Part shown: positions 23,156 through 38,128 of the stretch, one piece after another | Layout: the number at the start of each line of letters is the position of its first letter | Position numbering within the stretch: position 1 is the first letter of the stretch | Assembly: GCA_964016885.1 (NCBI GenBank) | Contig: OZ024741.1 | Span: forward strand, 346,828,001 to 346,892,000 | Direction of reading: 5' to 3' | Length of the DNA: 64,000 nucleotides | Source of the DNA: Eledone cirrhosa | Taxonomy: Eukaryota | Program-made: the position numbers and the translations under genes | The notes under the pieces: model-generated | Seen by the model: the letters and a program-made list of their open reading frames with translations, nothing else | Told to the model about the DNA's origin: nothing | The model's database searches: none

Positions 23156-23340
23156 TGGATTGGCAGTATCGGTAGAGGGTCGGACGCCATGCATTGCAGC
23201 AAAGAGTTACGGCCTTATATGGTCGGAATTCAAATCCCGCCGAGTTTAACTTTACCTTTCACCCTTACAGGGTCGATAAAATAAAGTACCAGTAATACAC
23301 TGGGATAATTGCTGACCTTGTGCAAAAAGTAGAAACAATT
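23156..23340 (+). mobile_element. ATT-tailed tRNA SINE
   Basis: Matches 13088-13273. Confidence 0.88.
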
Positions 23341-23354
23341 ATTATTTTTATTTT

Positions 23355-24425
23355 TATTGAGCAGCATTACTGCTTTACCGGGCAGAGCTCTGTGCGCCTT
23401 TGGTATGAGCAGCGTAGTTTTTGCTGGTGTTTTTTCTATTGTATTGACAGTACTTTTAGTAATATGTGTGCTGTGCCTAGTAGTGCTGTTTTTGTAGGCT
23501 GTATTTATTTGTAACTCCTGGGGTTTTGGTCATGTATTGGTCTTTATGTTACTTTATCATTCCTAGAGCACCTATTATAGATATTGTTTCAGTTTTCATT
23601 TTCCACATTCGAGTTATTTCTATCTCTTGATCTTTATATTTGGAAACTTTCTCCATATCTTTGGAAGATTTATTGTCGTATGTTAGGCTTGATACATCTA
23701 TTACAAGGCATTTGTATATCTTTGTGGCATTTGACTATAATATCTTGTCGGTTGGCTTTGACCCCCTCTATCTATATGTATTGACATATACCAGAGAATG
23801 GTTTGTGTTTGTACCATCTGTTTTCTGTTGCTATTTCATAATTCTGGCATAACGTCCAATGTATGAAGGTCCCAACACTAACATGCCTGTGGATATATTC
23901 CTTTTTGGCTAGAGTTGGGCATCCAGAAAATATATGGTTGATTGGTTCTTCCCTATCTCCAAACATTCTACAATTACTTATTGTGCTTTGTTTCATTATG
24001 TACTTCTGAGAGTTTCTGGTGAGTAGGCTTTGGTCTTGTGCTGCAATTAGACATCCTTTCGTCTCAGCTTTTAGTCAAGTGCTTCGGTTTTGTGTGTTTG
24101 TTTGTGTAATTCTTTCTATTTAACTTTTTGTGGTTTTGGCCATGTAAGGATTTCTCTTGCCACCATTTTAACATGGTATTCCAGATGTGAGTTTTCAATT
24201 TAAATTGTATGTCTTTCACAATATCTGTTGTTTTTTCTTCTTTGTTTTCATCTTCCTCACAATTATCTGTTAGGCTAGTTTCTGATTTGAATTTGATGGC
24301 TTCCTTGAAGACCGAGAACAGTGTTTTTGTTTTTTTTCATGTTTTGTGGCTATTTGTATTTGCTTTACTTTGTTTGTTATTACGTATTTTTGTAGTCCGA
24401 CGGTAGTTATTTTATAAGAGTTGTA
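23355..24425 (-). mobile_element. Decayed 3' part of a third Dong/R4 family
   Basis: YKITTVGLQKY, AAQDQ, CRMFG..INHIFSGC..YIHRH, ALLGTAHILLKVLS. Confidence 0.85.
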
Positions 24426-27071
24426 AATATACAAGGAATTACTTTTATCGGAATCTCAAGAAGAAATGGTGACAATATTGTCGTCTGAATACGATCTTGA
24501 GAAATCATCTAACTGCTTTTGAATCAGTATGATTTATAAACACCGATCCTGAGGGATTATATATTTTAATTCGATGACATGGAAACTTTTGAAAATAATT
24601 TTTTTTTTTATAGACATTACTTTCGACCTAGGGCAGCAACAGCCTGGATTTATTTGTTAATGATTTATTAGATGTATTTCAGTCAGAGATTTTGGTGGTG
24701 TTCCGGTGTGTGATTTTTCATAATGTATCTAGTTGATGTGATATATGAATTCTCAGCGTGGATGTTATTCCCTTTCTATTCAACTTTGGATTTCTAGGCT
24801 TTCATATAATTCAGATATGTCAACCAAGTATCACCTCCTTTGTATTAATGAATTATTTCATTTTCGTGGCTGTTTATCGCTTTGGTGCAATTTTCCTGGG
24901 ATCAAAGTTTGGGCATATTTATGTATTTACTTCGCTTCTATTTTTCAATGTCTTTTATATGTTATATCTCTATTTCGAGTACGGAAATGTAATCAGTATA
25001 TTTTGTATGATGTTATATGAAAGGATAGGCATCAATACTAATCCCTATCTTATAATACATTAAATAAGTATGTGAAATCTGAAAACACTGGTGAAGTTCA
25101 GTATCGATAGAAATTGTTCTAAAGAGTTTTAATTCAAAATTGATAAGTTCAATCCCCGACAGGAGTAAAAATGTCAAATTGCTGTATTTCTACCTATCTG
25201 ATATGTAATATATGTATTGATGATTAGGTTTCGTTTTATGTTTCCTTACTTTTAAAATCCATCATGTGCAATGTTAAAGTTCTACACTGAATACACAAAG
25301 AGAATAGCAAAAATCCGATATATTGGTTTCTTTAATTTTCTTCAATTGTCGAAAGTTTTCTAACTGCCTATATATTTTAGATGATTTGAGACATAAATTT
25401 CCTCGTCCATGTTTTTCTTTTTTTTCTTTTTAGTATAGGTATTAATGTAATATATGTTTACGTTGTTGTAAAAATAGAGATTCTGTGGTTTTAATATTCA
25501 ATGTGATAATGTGTATAACGTATACGATATATCAACTTACATAATTGTGTTAACATCTAATCATGTCATATCGGTTGCTTTTGTAATAATTGCGTAACAG
25601 TTCAACACTGGTATCACTGAAATAAATACGATTATGTAACTTACTGTTTCATCGCCACGTGTATGCGGGATAGATACTACTGACGTGGAGTGCTATTGCC
25701 TGCTTACATATGTTTATCGACAAAATATCGTGTTATAACACATACGAATAGACAACACAGTAATTAACAAATATATAACTATATAGATATAGATGAGAGT
25801 GCATGTTTGAATGTATGTATGTAGGTATGTATATATATATTTTTGTGTGTGTGCACTTGTGTGTGCGTTTTTGTTTTATCCGGTTGATTATGTGTAATAT
25901 ATTTAGCATATATGTGTCGAGCACCTGGAAGTGTTTATTGAAGGTAGGGTCAAGATTAACCATACTGAAACAATAATGTTATAGTTCACAATTTCTATTC
26001 ATGAAGGTGTATACTTCCCACTATATGTTCTCTCATTTCAGGTGTATGATCTCGTTAATCCTGCTCAGTTATACATTTATTAGGTATTCTTTCACACAAC
26101 AATCGGCGTATTTATGAATCATACAATGTGCCAGTTTTCTCTCTGTTTATTTTATCGAAACTACTTTCTTTGATGTCCTGTTTAAGTCAAGACTAGCACT
26201 AACTTATCATGTATATATTTGGTATACTTTTGTATTCACTATATTTCATCGCCATATTACCCAAATGAACATAGCTGAAATTAGATAATTTCCATAAATA
26301 TTCACAAAATTTGCTAATGCAGGGAAATCACACATTATATGGTTAATTTGTACGTATGCTGCACTTTATGTTAGCATTATATTTAAATAATTTCGCTTAA
26401 AGTGGTTTAAGGTGAAGCATCCAATTTTCCCTTTTCTTTGATATTTTAGCAAACAAAACTGAAAACGGTTGTTCGCGCTTTTAGCCTGGAGTATTTGTAC
26501 CATTGTTTGAATTTACTTTGTCTTACATCCTGGAGTCTTGTATGGTTTTGGTTATTTTCATTCTTTATTTAGTATATTATTAATCTTGGATAGAGTGTTC
26601 ATTTAAAATGTCCTGTAGCTTTGCCCTTATCCAAATCATTTTTCTTTTGTGTATCTTGATTCTAATGTGTATTTCATTCTTTTATTATTAGAAAAATTAA
26701 TTTCCTCTTCGCGTAATATACTAATCAATTCAATTTCCACTGATACCTTTTTTCATTACTTTTCTGTTTGCATTAGTAGACTTCTAACTGATGTGCTAGG
26801 AAAGTATGCTCAGGTTTTATCAAATACGTAGTTGCTGCTTCGTTACAATATTAATATTAACCTTTTTCTCTGTTTAAGCATTTCGGTGCAAGTAACATGC
26901 AATTTTGTATGTGGATATTCTAATATATTACTGGGTTGGATTTTGTAATTATATCAACGTTTTTGTTTTCATGTATTTAATAGAAATATGATTAGTCCGC
27001 AGTACTCCTTTACAACTAATTTCATATTTCTATGTATTACATGCTATCAATTGTCAATCATCATAAATAAA

Positions 27072-27237
27072 GTTTCAACTTTTGGCACAAGGCCAGCAAT
27101 TATCCCAGCGCATTACTGGTGCTTTATTTTATCGACCTCGTAAGGATGAAAGGCAAAGTTAACCACGGCATGATCTGAACTCAGATCGTAAAGAGACGTA
27201 ACTCTAGGTGTCCGACCCTCCACCGATACTGCAAATC
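27072..27237 (-). mobile_element. ATT-tailed tRNA SINE
   Basis: Matches 13088-13273 with a small deletion. Confidence 0.85.
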
Positions 27238-27634
27238 GTTTTACTCGTAGATAAGGCACATGTGGATTAGTCCATATTCATTTGTGTTTCTTGAATGAAA
27301 TACATATATAAAACTAATTACTATTCTGTTTATCATAATTATTATTTTCTGAATTTTATTTTTCAAACAGAATTAGCAATAAGTATTATATTTCCCCGGT
27401 TTATATATTACAAGTAACAATATCTTTTAAATACTCTTATAGAATTTCAACTATACATAACTTGAAAACTCATGTTTTTTCCGTAACATAGTGCATACAT
27501 TCAAACAGTCCTATAATAACTCGAATCTGAGATTCATGTCACCGATCACCAGCATTTCAATTTCGAAGGACAAACAAATATAGGAAATTTACAGCACTCT
27601 TTGCTAAGATCGTATAAACAAGTGAATAAAACTG

Positions 27635-27690
<56 letters not shown>

Positions 27691-27833
27691 AATTAAAATA
27701 CTAGAGTGCGTTGGAGTAAAACACACTCGTCATATTATAGAAATGACAGTATAGGATATAGCTCAATGTAATACAACAGAGCCGAAAAATTATAAAAATA
27801 GACAAAGAAGCCTTCAATACATCAAAAATCCTT

Positions 27834-27881
27834 ATTAGCCAACAATGTTTCGTCCCATTAATAAGGACTCATCAGGGCAAT
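27834..27881 (-). ncRNA. Minimal type I hammerhead ribozyme (GUU site)
   Basis: ATTGCC-CTGATGA-GTCC ttattaatg GGAC-GAAA-C att G-TT-GGCTAAT. Confidence 0.85.
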
Positions 27882-29502
27882 TAAACAGATAAGATGCATT
27901 AACGGCCAGAACAAGCCAAAACCCAGAAGAATAGGGAATTCATATCTATGAAAGCTTATGAGAGATATGAAGGAAAAGCATGCTAAAGCTAAAACTAAAA
28001 GTGTGCAGTTACGAAAATAGATTATATGGCAAGGAAGTGAGTAAAATGCATATATATACATTTACACAAACACATACTAACACTTAATAAGTATAAATAT
28101 ACTCTTTATAATATAAAATAAAAATAAAAATAAAAATAAAAATAAAAATAAAAATAAAAATAAAAATAAAAATAAAAACTCCTTGACGGTGTGCATAAAC
28201 TATACAAAAAATAAACTATACAAAAAATAAGCTATACAAGAAATAATATAATATAATATAATAATATAATAAAATAATAAAATAATATACAGACATCAAA
28301 AATATACAAAATTACGTCATACATATCACTTAATGTCAACAAGTTGTATATAAAGTTACAAGAGCAAGAAAAAATATCTTAATAAAACTGGAGTATGTTG
28401 AAAAATATATATATATATATACATAAGTACATAAAGTATTGATAATAAGTATATAGATTACATTTATAAAATATTACAAAATATTATAAAATATAACAAA
28501 ACAGTACCTTAAAAATCAGACATAAAATAATACGTATAATTCCATTACATAGAAATAATATGATATATAAATATAATAATGATAAATGATATAATAATAT
28601 AAAAATATAAAAGCAGACTGGCAGAGTCAATTGAAAATGTTTAAGAGATATTTACGCGAATAATATATTATATTAATATAGGGAGGCAAGTTATTATGCA
28701 AAGCATATTATAGGAAGACAAAGCAGCAAGTGGTAGTGAAGAAGTAATGATGACGATGATAGTAAGACAGACAGACATCACGTGGTAGTAAAAAAAAAAA
28801 AAAATAAATAAAACGAGGAACAAAAACAAAAAACATAAAACAAAAACAAGCACAGTACGTAGGTATAACGATTCATTATGTAAACATAGAAGGTATTATT
28901 ATTCTAAACTAAAGAGTTGAATAGAAAACCTTATTAAATTAATTAATATTAAAATTGCCTAAAGGATATTAGTAAGTCTAAATGGAATAAAGTTTAATTC
29001 ATCAAAGTCGTATAAAATTAGGATATTTCAATACAAACTATAATATAATATATATTACAATCCGATCATATGAATTACGTTATCAAAGAAAAAACTCTAA
29101 ATAAAACTATGGTAGACCAATGGGAACAGAAAGAAGTGAAACTATGGAGGATAGGAAGGATCATAAAAGTAAAAGTTAATATATAATATAATATAATAAA
29201 AAGGAGTACAAAAGTAGAAAGGGGCGAATATGAAGTGTGTAAAGGAGGAGGATCATTAGTTTTAGATGTAGGAGACTCAAAATTAAACTATTCAATGAGA
29301 TACAAACTTACTAGGCGATAATATTGAGTAAAAATGTAATAATTTTAAGATGATAGATATGGTAAGGTAGCTAATACGACTATGAAAACTAAAATTTGAA
29401 AATCGAAACAACAGTGGAAACTTAATAATAATGGTAATAAAAATGAACTAAAACCAAAGAGGGTTTGGCTTGTTCTGGCCGTTAACGCTTCTTATCTGTT
29501 TA

Positions 29503-29550
29503 ATTGCCCTGATGAGTCCTTATTAATGGGACGAAACATTGTAGGCTAAT
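29503..29550 (+). ncRNA. Minimal type I hammerhead ribozyme (GUA site, predicted cut after 29543)
   Basis: ATTGCC-CTGATGA-GTCC ttattaatg GGAC-GAAA-C att G-TA-GGCTAAT. Confidence 0.88.
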
Positions 29551-29593
29551 AAAGATTGTTGATGTATTGAAGGCTTCTTTGTCTATTTTTATA

Positions 29594-30093
<500 letters not shown>

Positions 30094-30254
30094 GTGTGTG
30101 TGTTTACTTACAAACATACATATACATTGGGGTTTTACTTGGTTTTACTTTTAAACGTTTCAGTATCTACCGTTGTTTCCATCGTCTTGAATTGTTGTTT
30201 CATTGTTGGCGCTGTATATACAAGTATGTATGTATATATATATGGGTGTGTGTG

Positions 30255-30320
<66 letters not shown>

Positions 30321-30917
30321 TGGGGTTGCGAGGGTGCCTGTGTGTCTGAATGTGTGAGTGTATGTGAATTTTTGTATATATACGTGGCTGTATATAAGTT
30401 TCATTCGTGTGACTTGTGTTTCAATCTTTCAAATGAAGCTGAAGATATTCCCCAAAGAATGTCTGGGTTTTATGTTGGGTTTTTAACAACAACACTAAAC
30501 GTAAAAAGAAATGAAAAGAACCACAATGTTCCAAAACGGATTAAGATTGAAAACAGAAACAAATCTAAAAATTATTTTTCACGAAACATTACTCAGGGAA
30601 TTGATTATGTATTTCATATAATTTGTTTAAAGATCTAGCTGACATTAATAAATTCTTCTCCCTTTTCTACCTCATGTTTTACAATCCCCTCTATTCTCTG
30701 TCTCTTTTTCGTTCTCCCTATCCATATATCTATACTATCTCTCTCTCATTCTCTCTCTCTCTCTGTGTCTGGTTATAGTATATAATTACAAACGCATACA
30801 TATGTAATCACAGACAAGCAAGACTACCGGCATCCCGTTTATATATATGTATATATATACATATATATATATACATATATAATATATGTGTTTCTGTGTG
30901 TGAGAGTTTATAACTAA

Positions 30918-31090
<173 letters not shown>

Positions 31091-31566
31091 CAGGGGAGGC
31101 CGTTGAGATTTTGATCTATAAATAAATAAATATAGATAGATAAATAGATGGATATATCTATGCTTAACTAAAGGTTAAACATTTATAGGCTATTGAGATT
31201 TGATTAATACATAAATAAATATAGTTGGATAGGAAGGTAGATATATATATAGGTAGTGAGAGAGGGAGAGACAGGAGGCTAAATGGCTAGGTAGCGAGAG
31301 AGCTTGATAGTTAGATAGATGTATGTTTAAGTAAACGTTAAAATGATTTAATGAACAAAATGACCGATAAGGGTTGTTATTGAAGGGAGATATTACAATA
31401 TAAAAATGAATGTAATGCTTTCCTCACCCGTATATTGGGTAACCCAAATGCCACCACTGAAACATGTGCGAAGTGAATAGTCGCTGTCAGTGCTTGGTCA
31501 GTTCCTTTGAAATGCCAGCTTGAACGACATCATCAGAAATAGCCCGAATATGGGTAGGTATAGTGT

Positions 31567-31700
31567 GAAGCCGTGTGGCTGATTGGTTGGAGAACTGGAT
31601 TCGTAATCGTAAGGTTGTCAGCTCGATTCCTGGACCAGACGATGCGTTATGTCCTCCAGCAAGACACTTTATTTCACGTTGCTCCTTCTACATGGAGTTG
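31567..31700 (+). mobile_element. Degraded tRNA-headed SINE (second family)
   Basis: A box TGGCTGATTGG, B box GCTCGATTCC, then TGTCC..AGCAAGACACTTTATTTCACGTTGCTCC. Confidence 0.7.
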
Positions 31701-32550
31701 CAACTGATAGATAATATTAGGAATTAGAAAGACCAACGGAAACATTGTTTCCTCGGTCCGATTTGACAAAAGTCGATCGACAAATACTGTTTCATCTGGC
31801 GCCTGTCCATGTTATTTGTTAGCGCCCAGGCGAGATAACATTCTTTTCATTCGAGGGACGTAAATCTGATCTTGATGCAGGCTTGCTGTTACAACTCTTG
31901 TATCATGCTCCACTAAATACGGACGCCACAACCTGAAATGTGGAGGAAGGGACAAAAGCCAAAATTTGGGATCTAACTAACCGATTATATCTTGTGCCGG
32001 TTGCCGTCGAGAGATTGGGTGTCCTCGGTCTCTCAATTGTCGTTTACCTCTACATCTTAAGGCGGAGGACATCCAACTAGACAAACGAGCACCATTATGT
32101 AGAAAAGCTGATTCAGACAGAGTCGCTGGCTATTCTCAGTGGCAAGGTCTTCACTATCTTTTTTCTGTGATATGCAGCTGACACTCACCACCAAGACTAT
32201 CTGCCTCACCCTCCACTAGATTTGCTATTTACTTTTATTTCATTCTTTTTATATATTTTTTTATTTTGTATTATGTTATGTATTGCATCGTAACAAGTGT
32301 TTCAATTGTGATTTACTACAAAATTAAATATCAATACAATTATTATGTATATTTATGCAGCTTTCTCTTTTTATTTACTGTTTTCCTTTTGTTTCTGTTG
32401 TCATTTAAATACATGGGGGAATACGTATCAGTACCAAATTGTCTAGTACCAAACTGTCTGTCTAAATATCTACATATGTCGCCAACCCGCTCTCTCTGTT
32501 ACGCACCTTTTCTCCATCTACCGATATATCTATCTATCTATCTATCTATA

Positions 32551-32605
<55 letters not shown>

Positions 32606-32831
32606 AAATCTCTCTCTCTATCTGCCTGGCGCGTGGAACATCGCCGGTAAGATTTTTTGTAAATTTATATACGAAAAACAAACAAATTTTTGGAAAAAAA
32701 ACATATTATTTCGTAGATTAACCCTCAAGCTGAATTGTTAGCTGGTGGTAATCCCATTTGTCGCCCCTTTAGGGGCCAAAAATTTAATTAAAAAATTGTT
32801 TTAAAATATCAAATTTTGCCAACTATAAAAC

Positions 32832-34642
32832 ATGAGTAACCCGAAAAGAACGCTAGAGAACGTCGACAGAGAAAAGAGAGAGAAGGAGGCAGATGTTATC
32901 GTTATATCTGCTTCTGCTACTATGGACGTCGCCATAGATACGACTGTCGTCAAAGAGGAAAAAATATTACTACTTGAAGATTGTACAATTTCTACCGTCG
33001 AAGCGGAGAGAAATGAAAACTCAGGAATTAAACCTATTAACATACATACACATGAAAAAGTCAACATCAACAACTCCACAGATACATCTACACATAAAGT
33101 TTCACCTCGCCAGGAACTGAGATTTCCAACACCGAGGCTAACAACGATGACAGCAACAAAAATGCCTTTCGCTGAAACAGTGAACGAAAAACAAGATTTT
33201 ATAAATCTTGACATCTCCAATGCAAGAGATATGCTCCAGCAAGGGAGAAAATTTGTAACTTTCGAAGAAAAAGGTGGGTTTAGAATTAACTCACCCCTCG
33301 AAATAAAAGAAGACACAGCTCGTAGGACAGTGACCTTTAGGACTCTATCCAATACCACGAGAAAGCCAATATTTGTTAGTCAAACAGATATCGAAGCTAC
33401 TTTCAAGGAAATTCTAGCAAATATCGACTTTCTCCAACGAGGAAAACCGTACGGAAGTGTTTCCGTACTGTTTAAAAGCGAGGCACTCGCTCAAAAACAT
33501 TCTGTGACACCAATGGTGTCAAAAGCATTCACATTTTTCCTTATTTACATGGGAAAAAGGACACACAAAAAAAATATATATATACCACCAAATATTAACA
33601 TCTAGTGGATCTTGGCTGTCTTCGTAGAGCCAGAAACTAATATGATTCTTTCGATACGAAAGTTTATTCGACAAAGGTGGGCGGGTATTGATTTGGAGAT
33701 TCTGTTGCAAATGAGGCCGGAGATAATCTCCAAAATACCCGAAAGAATCGTCATCGACGAAAACAACAAAATAAACATTTCGGTAGAAGGACGTACATTT
33801 CATTGCTTTCGCTGTGGTAGCACAGAACACCTAAAAGCCGCCTGTCCTTCCCAACCACACCAAAACAACATCATTAAAAAAACACTATTACGAACACCAA
33901 CACCAAAACAATCACCAACCACCACAAGTGAAACGACAGACGAAACGAGCAAACACACCAAAACAAACAGCCACTCAACCAACAACAGAACAAACAGAGA
34001 CAACAACCCTGAAGAACACAGCCCCACCCCATTCCACTCCATCAAACACTACCACAAACACACACAGTGAAACACCACCACCACACAACATACCCCTAAT
34101 CCACACTCCTGACGATGATTATTCATCGACGGATGAAACTGCTTCTCATTCTTTAAGTGAAGAAGATGAAACAAGTGACACCACAAAACCCCCAAAACTC
34201 CAATCACCAACACCAACACACAACTACAGACACAAACAACAACACAAACAACAACACAGTCAAACATCCCCCTACCAACAAAACCAACACCAACACCACC
34301 TCAAAAACAAGCACCCACCATAAAAAGAAAACTCCCGGACGAACAACAAACTAAAACGCACAACAAAAACACAAACAACAATACGTATACATCAACACAA
34401 ACAACAAGAGTTTGATGGAGGTCATCTCCCAAAACCCCAAGGTGGAGACGAAGGGCAAAACTTTCGTCAAGGCAGAATCGTCTCCACACCCTAAACTTAT
34501 AAGGGTTTCTATGGAAACCTATAATGACCTGAAAAATCAATTTTCACAGGACCTGGGCAACCCCTGCGAGAAACCCATCAGCCGCGTCCTATTAAAATGT
34601 TTCCCACCCCACCCAACACCCCATACAGCACCCAAATGGTGA
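32832..34642 (+). pseudogene. Tx1-like ORF1 with CCHC knuckle; stop and frameshifts
   Basis: LQRGKPYGSVSVLF, VEGRTFHCFRCGSTEHLKAAC; homologous to 1002-2993. Confidence 0.85.
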
Positions 34643-34718
34643 TTGAACAACCCGATCTCCAGGAAACGAAAAGGTAAGTGCACCTTTCGTCCTTTTTCTC
34701 CAACTCTTCTTCACCAAC

Positions 34719-37700
34719 ATGGCTAGTTTACGAGTTGGAAGCGTGAATGTGCGTGGTCTAGGGATGCCCTGGAAACAGGGCCAACTTTTAAACGACCTTA
34801 GGTCACACGGTATGGATGTGATAGCCATCACCGAGTCCAGGATCCACAACAGGCAGCAACTAACCCACATTTTCGCCGACTTTGAGATCTACGCATCTCT
34901 CTGTCAGCCAGGAGGTGGAGGGGCAGTGGCTGTTATGTTTCCGAAGAACCTGGACGTCGAAGTACGGCAAGTACACTTGGACCCGGAGGGTAGACTGATA
35001 GTCCTAGACGTGAACAGTATTGGAGGTGAAGCCTTCAATCTGGTGGCCTTCAGTCTGGTGGCAATCACGGCCAGACTTCTTTAAGCGTCTAGAGTCTTTT
35101 CTGGGAACGTCTCGCTCCTTACTTTTAGTGGGGGACTGGAATGGTATCCTAGATGCACGATGGGACTATGTGGGAGCATGTCCCAGTAGAGAGGGGTGCA
35201 GCAGTCTCAAAACTTTAATCGGCCAATTCCAACTGGCCGATAGGTATCGACTGGATTTCCCGACTGCACCACAGTGGACGTGGGAAAACCGCAGCGGGAC
35301 ATCTAGATCGTATTTAGATAGGTTCTTCATTAGAAAAAGGGACAAGGAGATGTTAAGCTGTCCACGAATGCACATGGTTGCCTATTCAGATCACAAATTA
35401 GTCGTCTGCTTAGTCAACCCTGATAGAACACATAGACATGGAATCAGATACTGGAAGCTGAACGTGTCGTTGCCGGCATGTAAAGCTTACAGTGAACGGT
35501 TAAGTAGACTAGTCAAGAAACAGTTTACGGGAGCCATCGTCAACAATAAATGGTGGTATTCTCTCAAGAAAGCAATTATAATAGAATCGATAGGGTTTAG
35601 CAGAGAGTTAGCCTTAGAGAAAAACAAAATAGAAAGAGAACTAGTAGCCAAGGTAGAGGAGGCACTTAGAAATGGCAACGCGGCTAGAGTGTTAGCGTCG
35701 AGAACGGCACTGGACCAGTTCTTCGATGCGAAACACGAAGGCTGCGTGGTCAGAAGCAAAACACGTGCTCTAGGAAACGAAGGAGCGAAAGCTGTCGGCT
35801 GGGCCCGAGTGGCGGAGGCGAAAAATGGCAACAAGTCCACGTTTCGGTCTTTGTAAGACCAAAAAGTACGCGTGCTACATGACCCCAAGTAAATGTGCGC
35901 GGCCTTTCAGCAGCACTTTGCGCGACTGTTTGAGCAGAACGACGGTGAGCCGAACTGGGCAATGGACTTTAGTTAATACCGCCGCGACGGCCTGCCGCGT
36001 CTCTCGAACACGGACGCCGAGTTCTGCGAAAGACCGATCACGGACACTGAGATACGGGACGCTGTGGGCCGCTGCGGGAAACACAAGTCACCCGGTCTAG
36101 ATGGTTTACCCTATGAGTTTTACATAGACATGCCGGACTTGTTCTCTGGCGTCCTTGAAGCCGCCTACTGCAATTGGCAGCAGAACGGGAGAATTCCCAG
36201 TTCTGCAGGCAAGGGCGTAGTAACGCTGATCAGGAAAGACGAGAAAAAGGGGGACGAAATTAACAACTTCAGGCCCATAACTCTGCTCAACACAGAATTA
36301 AAGATTTTGGCCAAGGTGCTAGCGACGAGGTTGGCGCTTGTCGTCGAGAACCTGGTAGGGAAAGCGCAAACGTGTGCAATCCTGACCAGGTCCATACACG
36401 ACAACCTCCACCTCATGCGATACATCATAGAGAGGGTGGGTATTAAACCCGGCTTCGGTGGGGCTCTGATCAATTTGGATCAGTCTAAGGCATTCGATAG
36501 GGTCGACCATCGATACTTGGAAGCGGTGCTCAAGGCGGGCGGTTTCGGTCCCGTTTTCAGAGGGTGGATCGAGGGTCAAGGTGAACGGCTACTTATCGGA
36601 GCCGTTCGCAATCACGCGTTCCATTCAACAGGAGTGCCCTCTCTCCTACATTCTGTATGTATTGACTCTAGAGCCACTAGTGCGGAAATTGGAGATTTGC
36701 AGAGCATCCCTCTAGAACCGGGACTGCGGAAAGTGGCGTCGGCTTGTGCCAAAGACGTGACGGTAATGGTGTCGAGCACCTCGGAAATCGGGGCGATCAG
36801 CAACTTATTGAAATAATACGAAACTCTGACGGGAGCAAAACTAAACCCAGACAAGTCTGTCGGTTTGCAACTCGGTACATGGAGAGGCAAACCGATGACG
36901 TCCGATAGCGTCGTTGGACGCTGGACGGACGTACCGGTGAAATTGCTCGGAATCTGGTTCGGTCCAGACCTCCAGGTGGAGAAAAACTGGAACGAGGTCA
37001 TGGCCAAGGTGTTTGTCCCCACCCAGAAGTGGGCAGAGTGCAAACTGTCCTTGAAAGGTCGAGCGGAGGTGGCGAATACTTTCATAGCGTCCATCATCTA
37101 CTACCGCTTGACTGTCGTGCCCTGTCCCCGTGAACACCTCGCCAAGATGGAACGCATGCTCTTCCAGTTTCTGTGGAAGAAGCCGGCTCCGCTGGTGAGG
37201 AGATCTGTCTGCTGTCGGCACCCTTCCAACGGAGGGCTGGGAATGCCGTGGCTGGTGATGCGCAAACATGCGCTGAGGCTGCGACATATCCAGGTATTCC
37301 TCACCGACCGCCAACCGGTGTGGGCCCCGTTTGTGAGACAGACTTTCCCACAACTCGTCTCGCTGACGGAGCTGCAGTCCTGGGTGAAGAAAAGACCGAA
37401 AACGATGGGCGCCTGGCACATTGAATGAGCTCAGGCGCTCACAGTCCTCTGGCAAGCGGGCGCAACAATCATTGGAGACTCCACTTCGACCTTCTATAGA
37501 GGGATTGTACGTTACAAGGGCGACGGCGTGGTCGGAGAGACTCTGGGCGTCGAAGACGATGAGCTCACAATTCTGTTTGGTAGGACTTTCCGCCCGGGAC
37601 CAATGGACAACTTCCAGAGGACCCTGGCCTGGCAGTGCTACCGAGGAGCTCTACCGGTTCGAGACAAGACCTACAGACATGGACGCCCCGGCAGGGATCC

Positions 37701-38128
37701 TTCCAAGAGGACGTGTCCAAGATGCGCGCAGGACATTGAAACAGTCCTGCACGCAATAGTACACTTCCCGGGTGTAACCGACCTGTGGAACTATGCAGAA
37801 CAACTGCTGTCGTGTATGCGACAATCCAATTGACTACCGAGTCCTTAGTAAGGATCAAAACGCCAGTCTCTTTCAAAAACGAAAGAGAGGCGACTTTCCT
37901 CTGTACGGTGGCTATGGTGAAAGAAGTTATACGGTGGACGAGATTGAGAGGACTGAGAACAGATGCCTTTCTATCCGGACAACAATTGATTTCCTTCTTT
38001 AAGTATTACTTTTGAAGGAGAATCAGAGTGGAGAGAGAGGCATTGCACCCCAGTAAATTTACTGAAAGGTGGGTGAATGAAGCGAAAATGGCCCGAGTGT
38101 TTGGGCCTTCTCAGTTTATAAGCCTGTA
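34719..38128 (+). pseudogene. Tx1-like ORF2 (APE-RT-zinc finger), multiply frameshifted
   Basis: NVRGL, AITESR, GDWN, SYLDR, SDH, KSPGLDGLP, FRPITLLN, DQSKAFDRVDH, CPRC..ETVLH; YADD decayed to CAKD. Confidence 0.92.

Larger units (their letters stand above)
27689..29593. mobile_element. Non-coding element with ~135 bp inverted terminal repeats, each holding a hammerhead (PLE inverted-pLTR-like)
   Basis: 27791-27924 is the reverse complement of 29461-29593; ~100 bp extra tail on the left; (TA)n on both sides. Confidence 0.8.

Noticed and set aside
24758-25063. Hydrophobic ORF with AVYRFGAI resembling GPCR TM3
   Set aside because: T-rich bias, stops just upstream, no other GPCR motifs
31567-31640. 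tRNA gene
   Set aside because: A/B boxes present but no cloverleaf; continues into a SINE body
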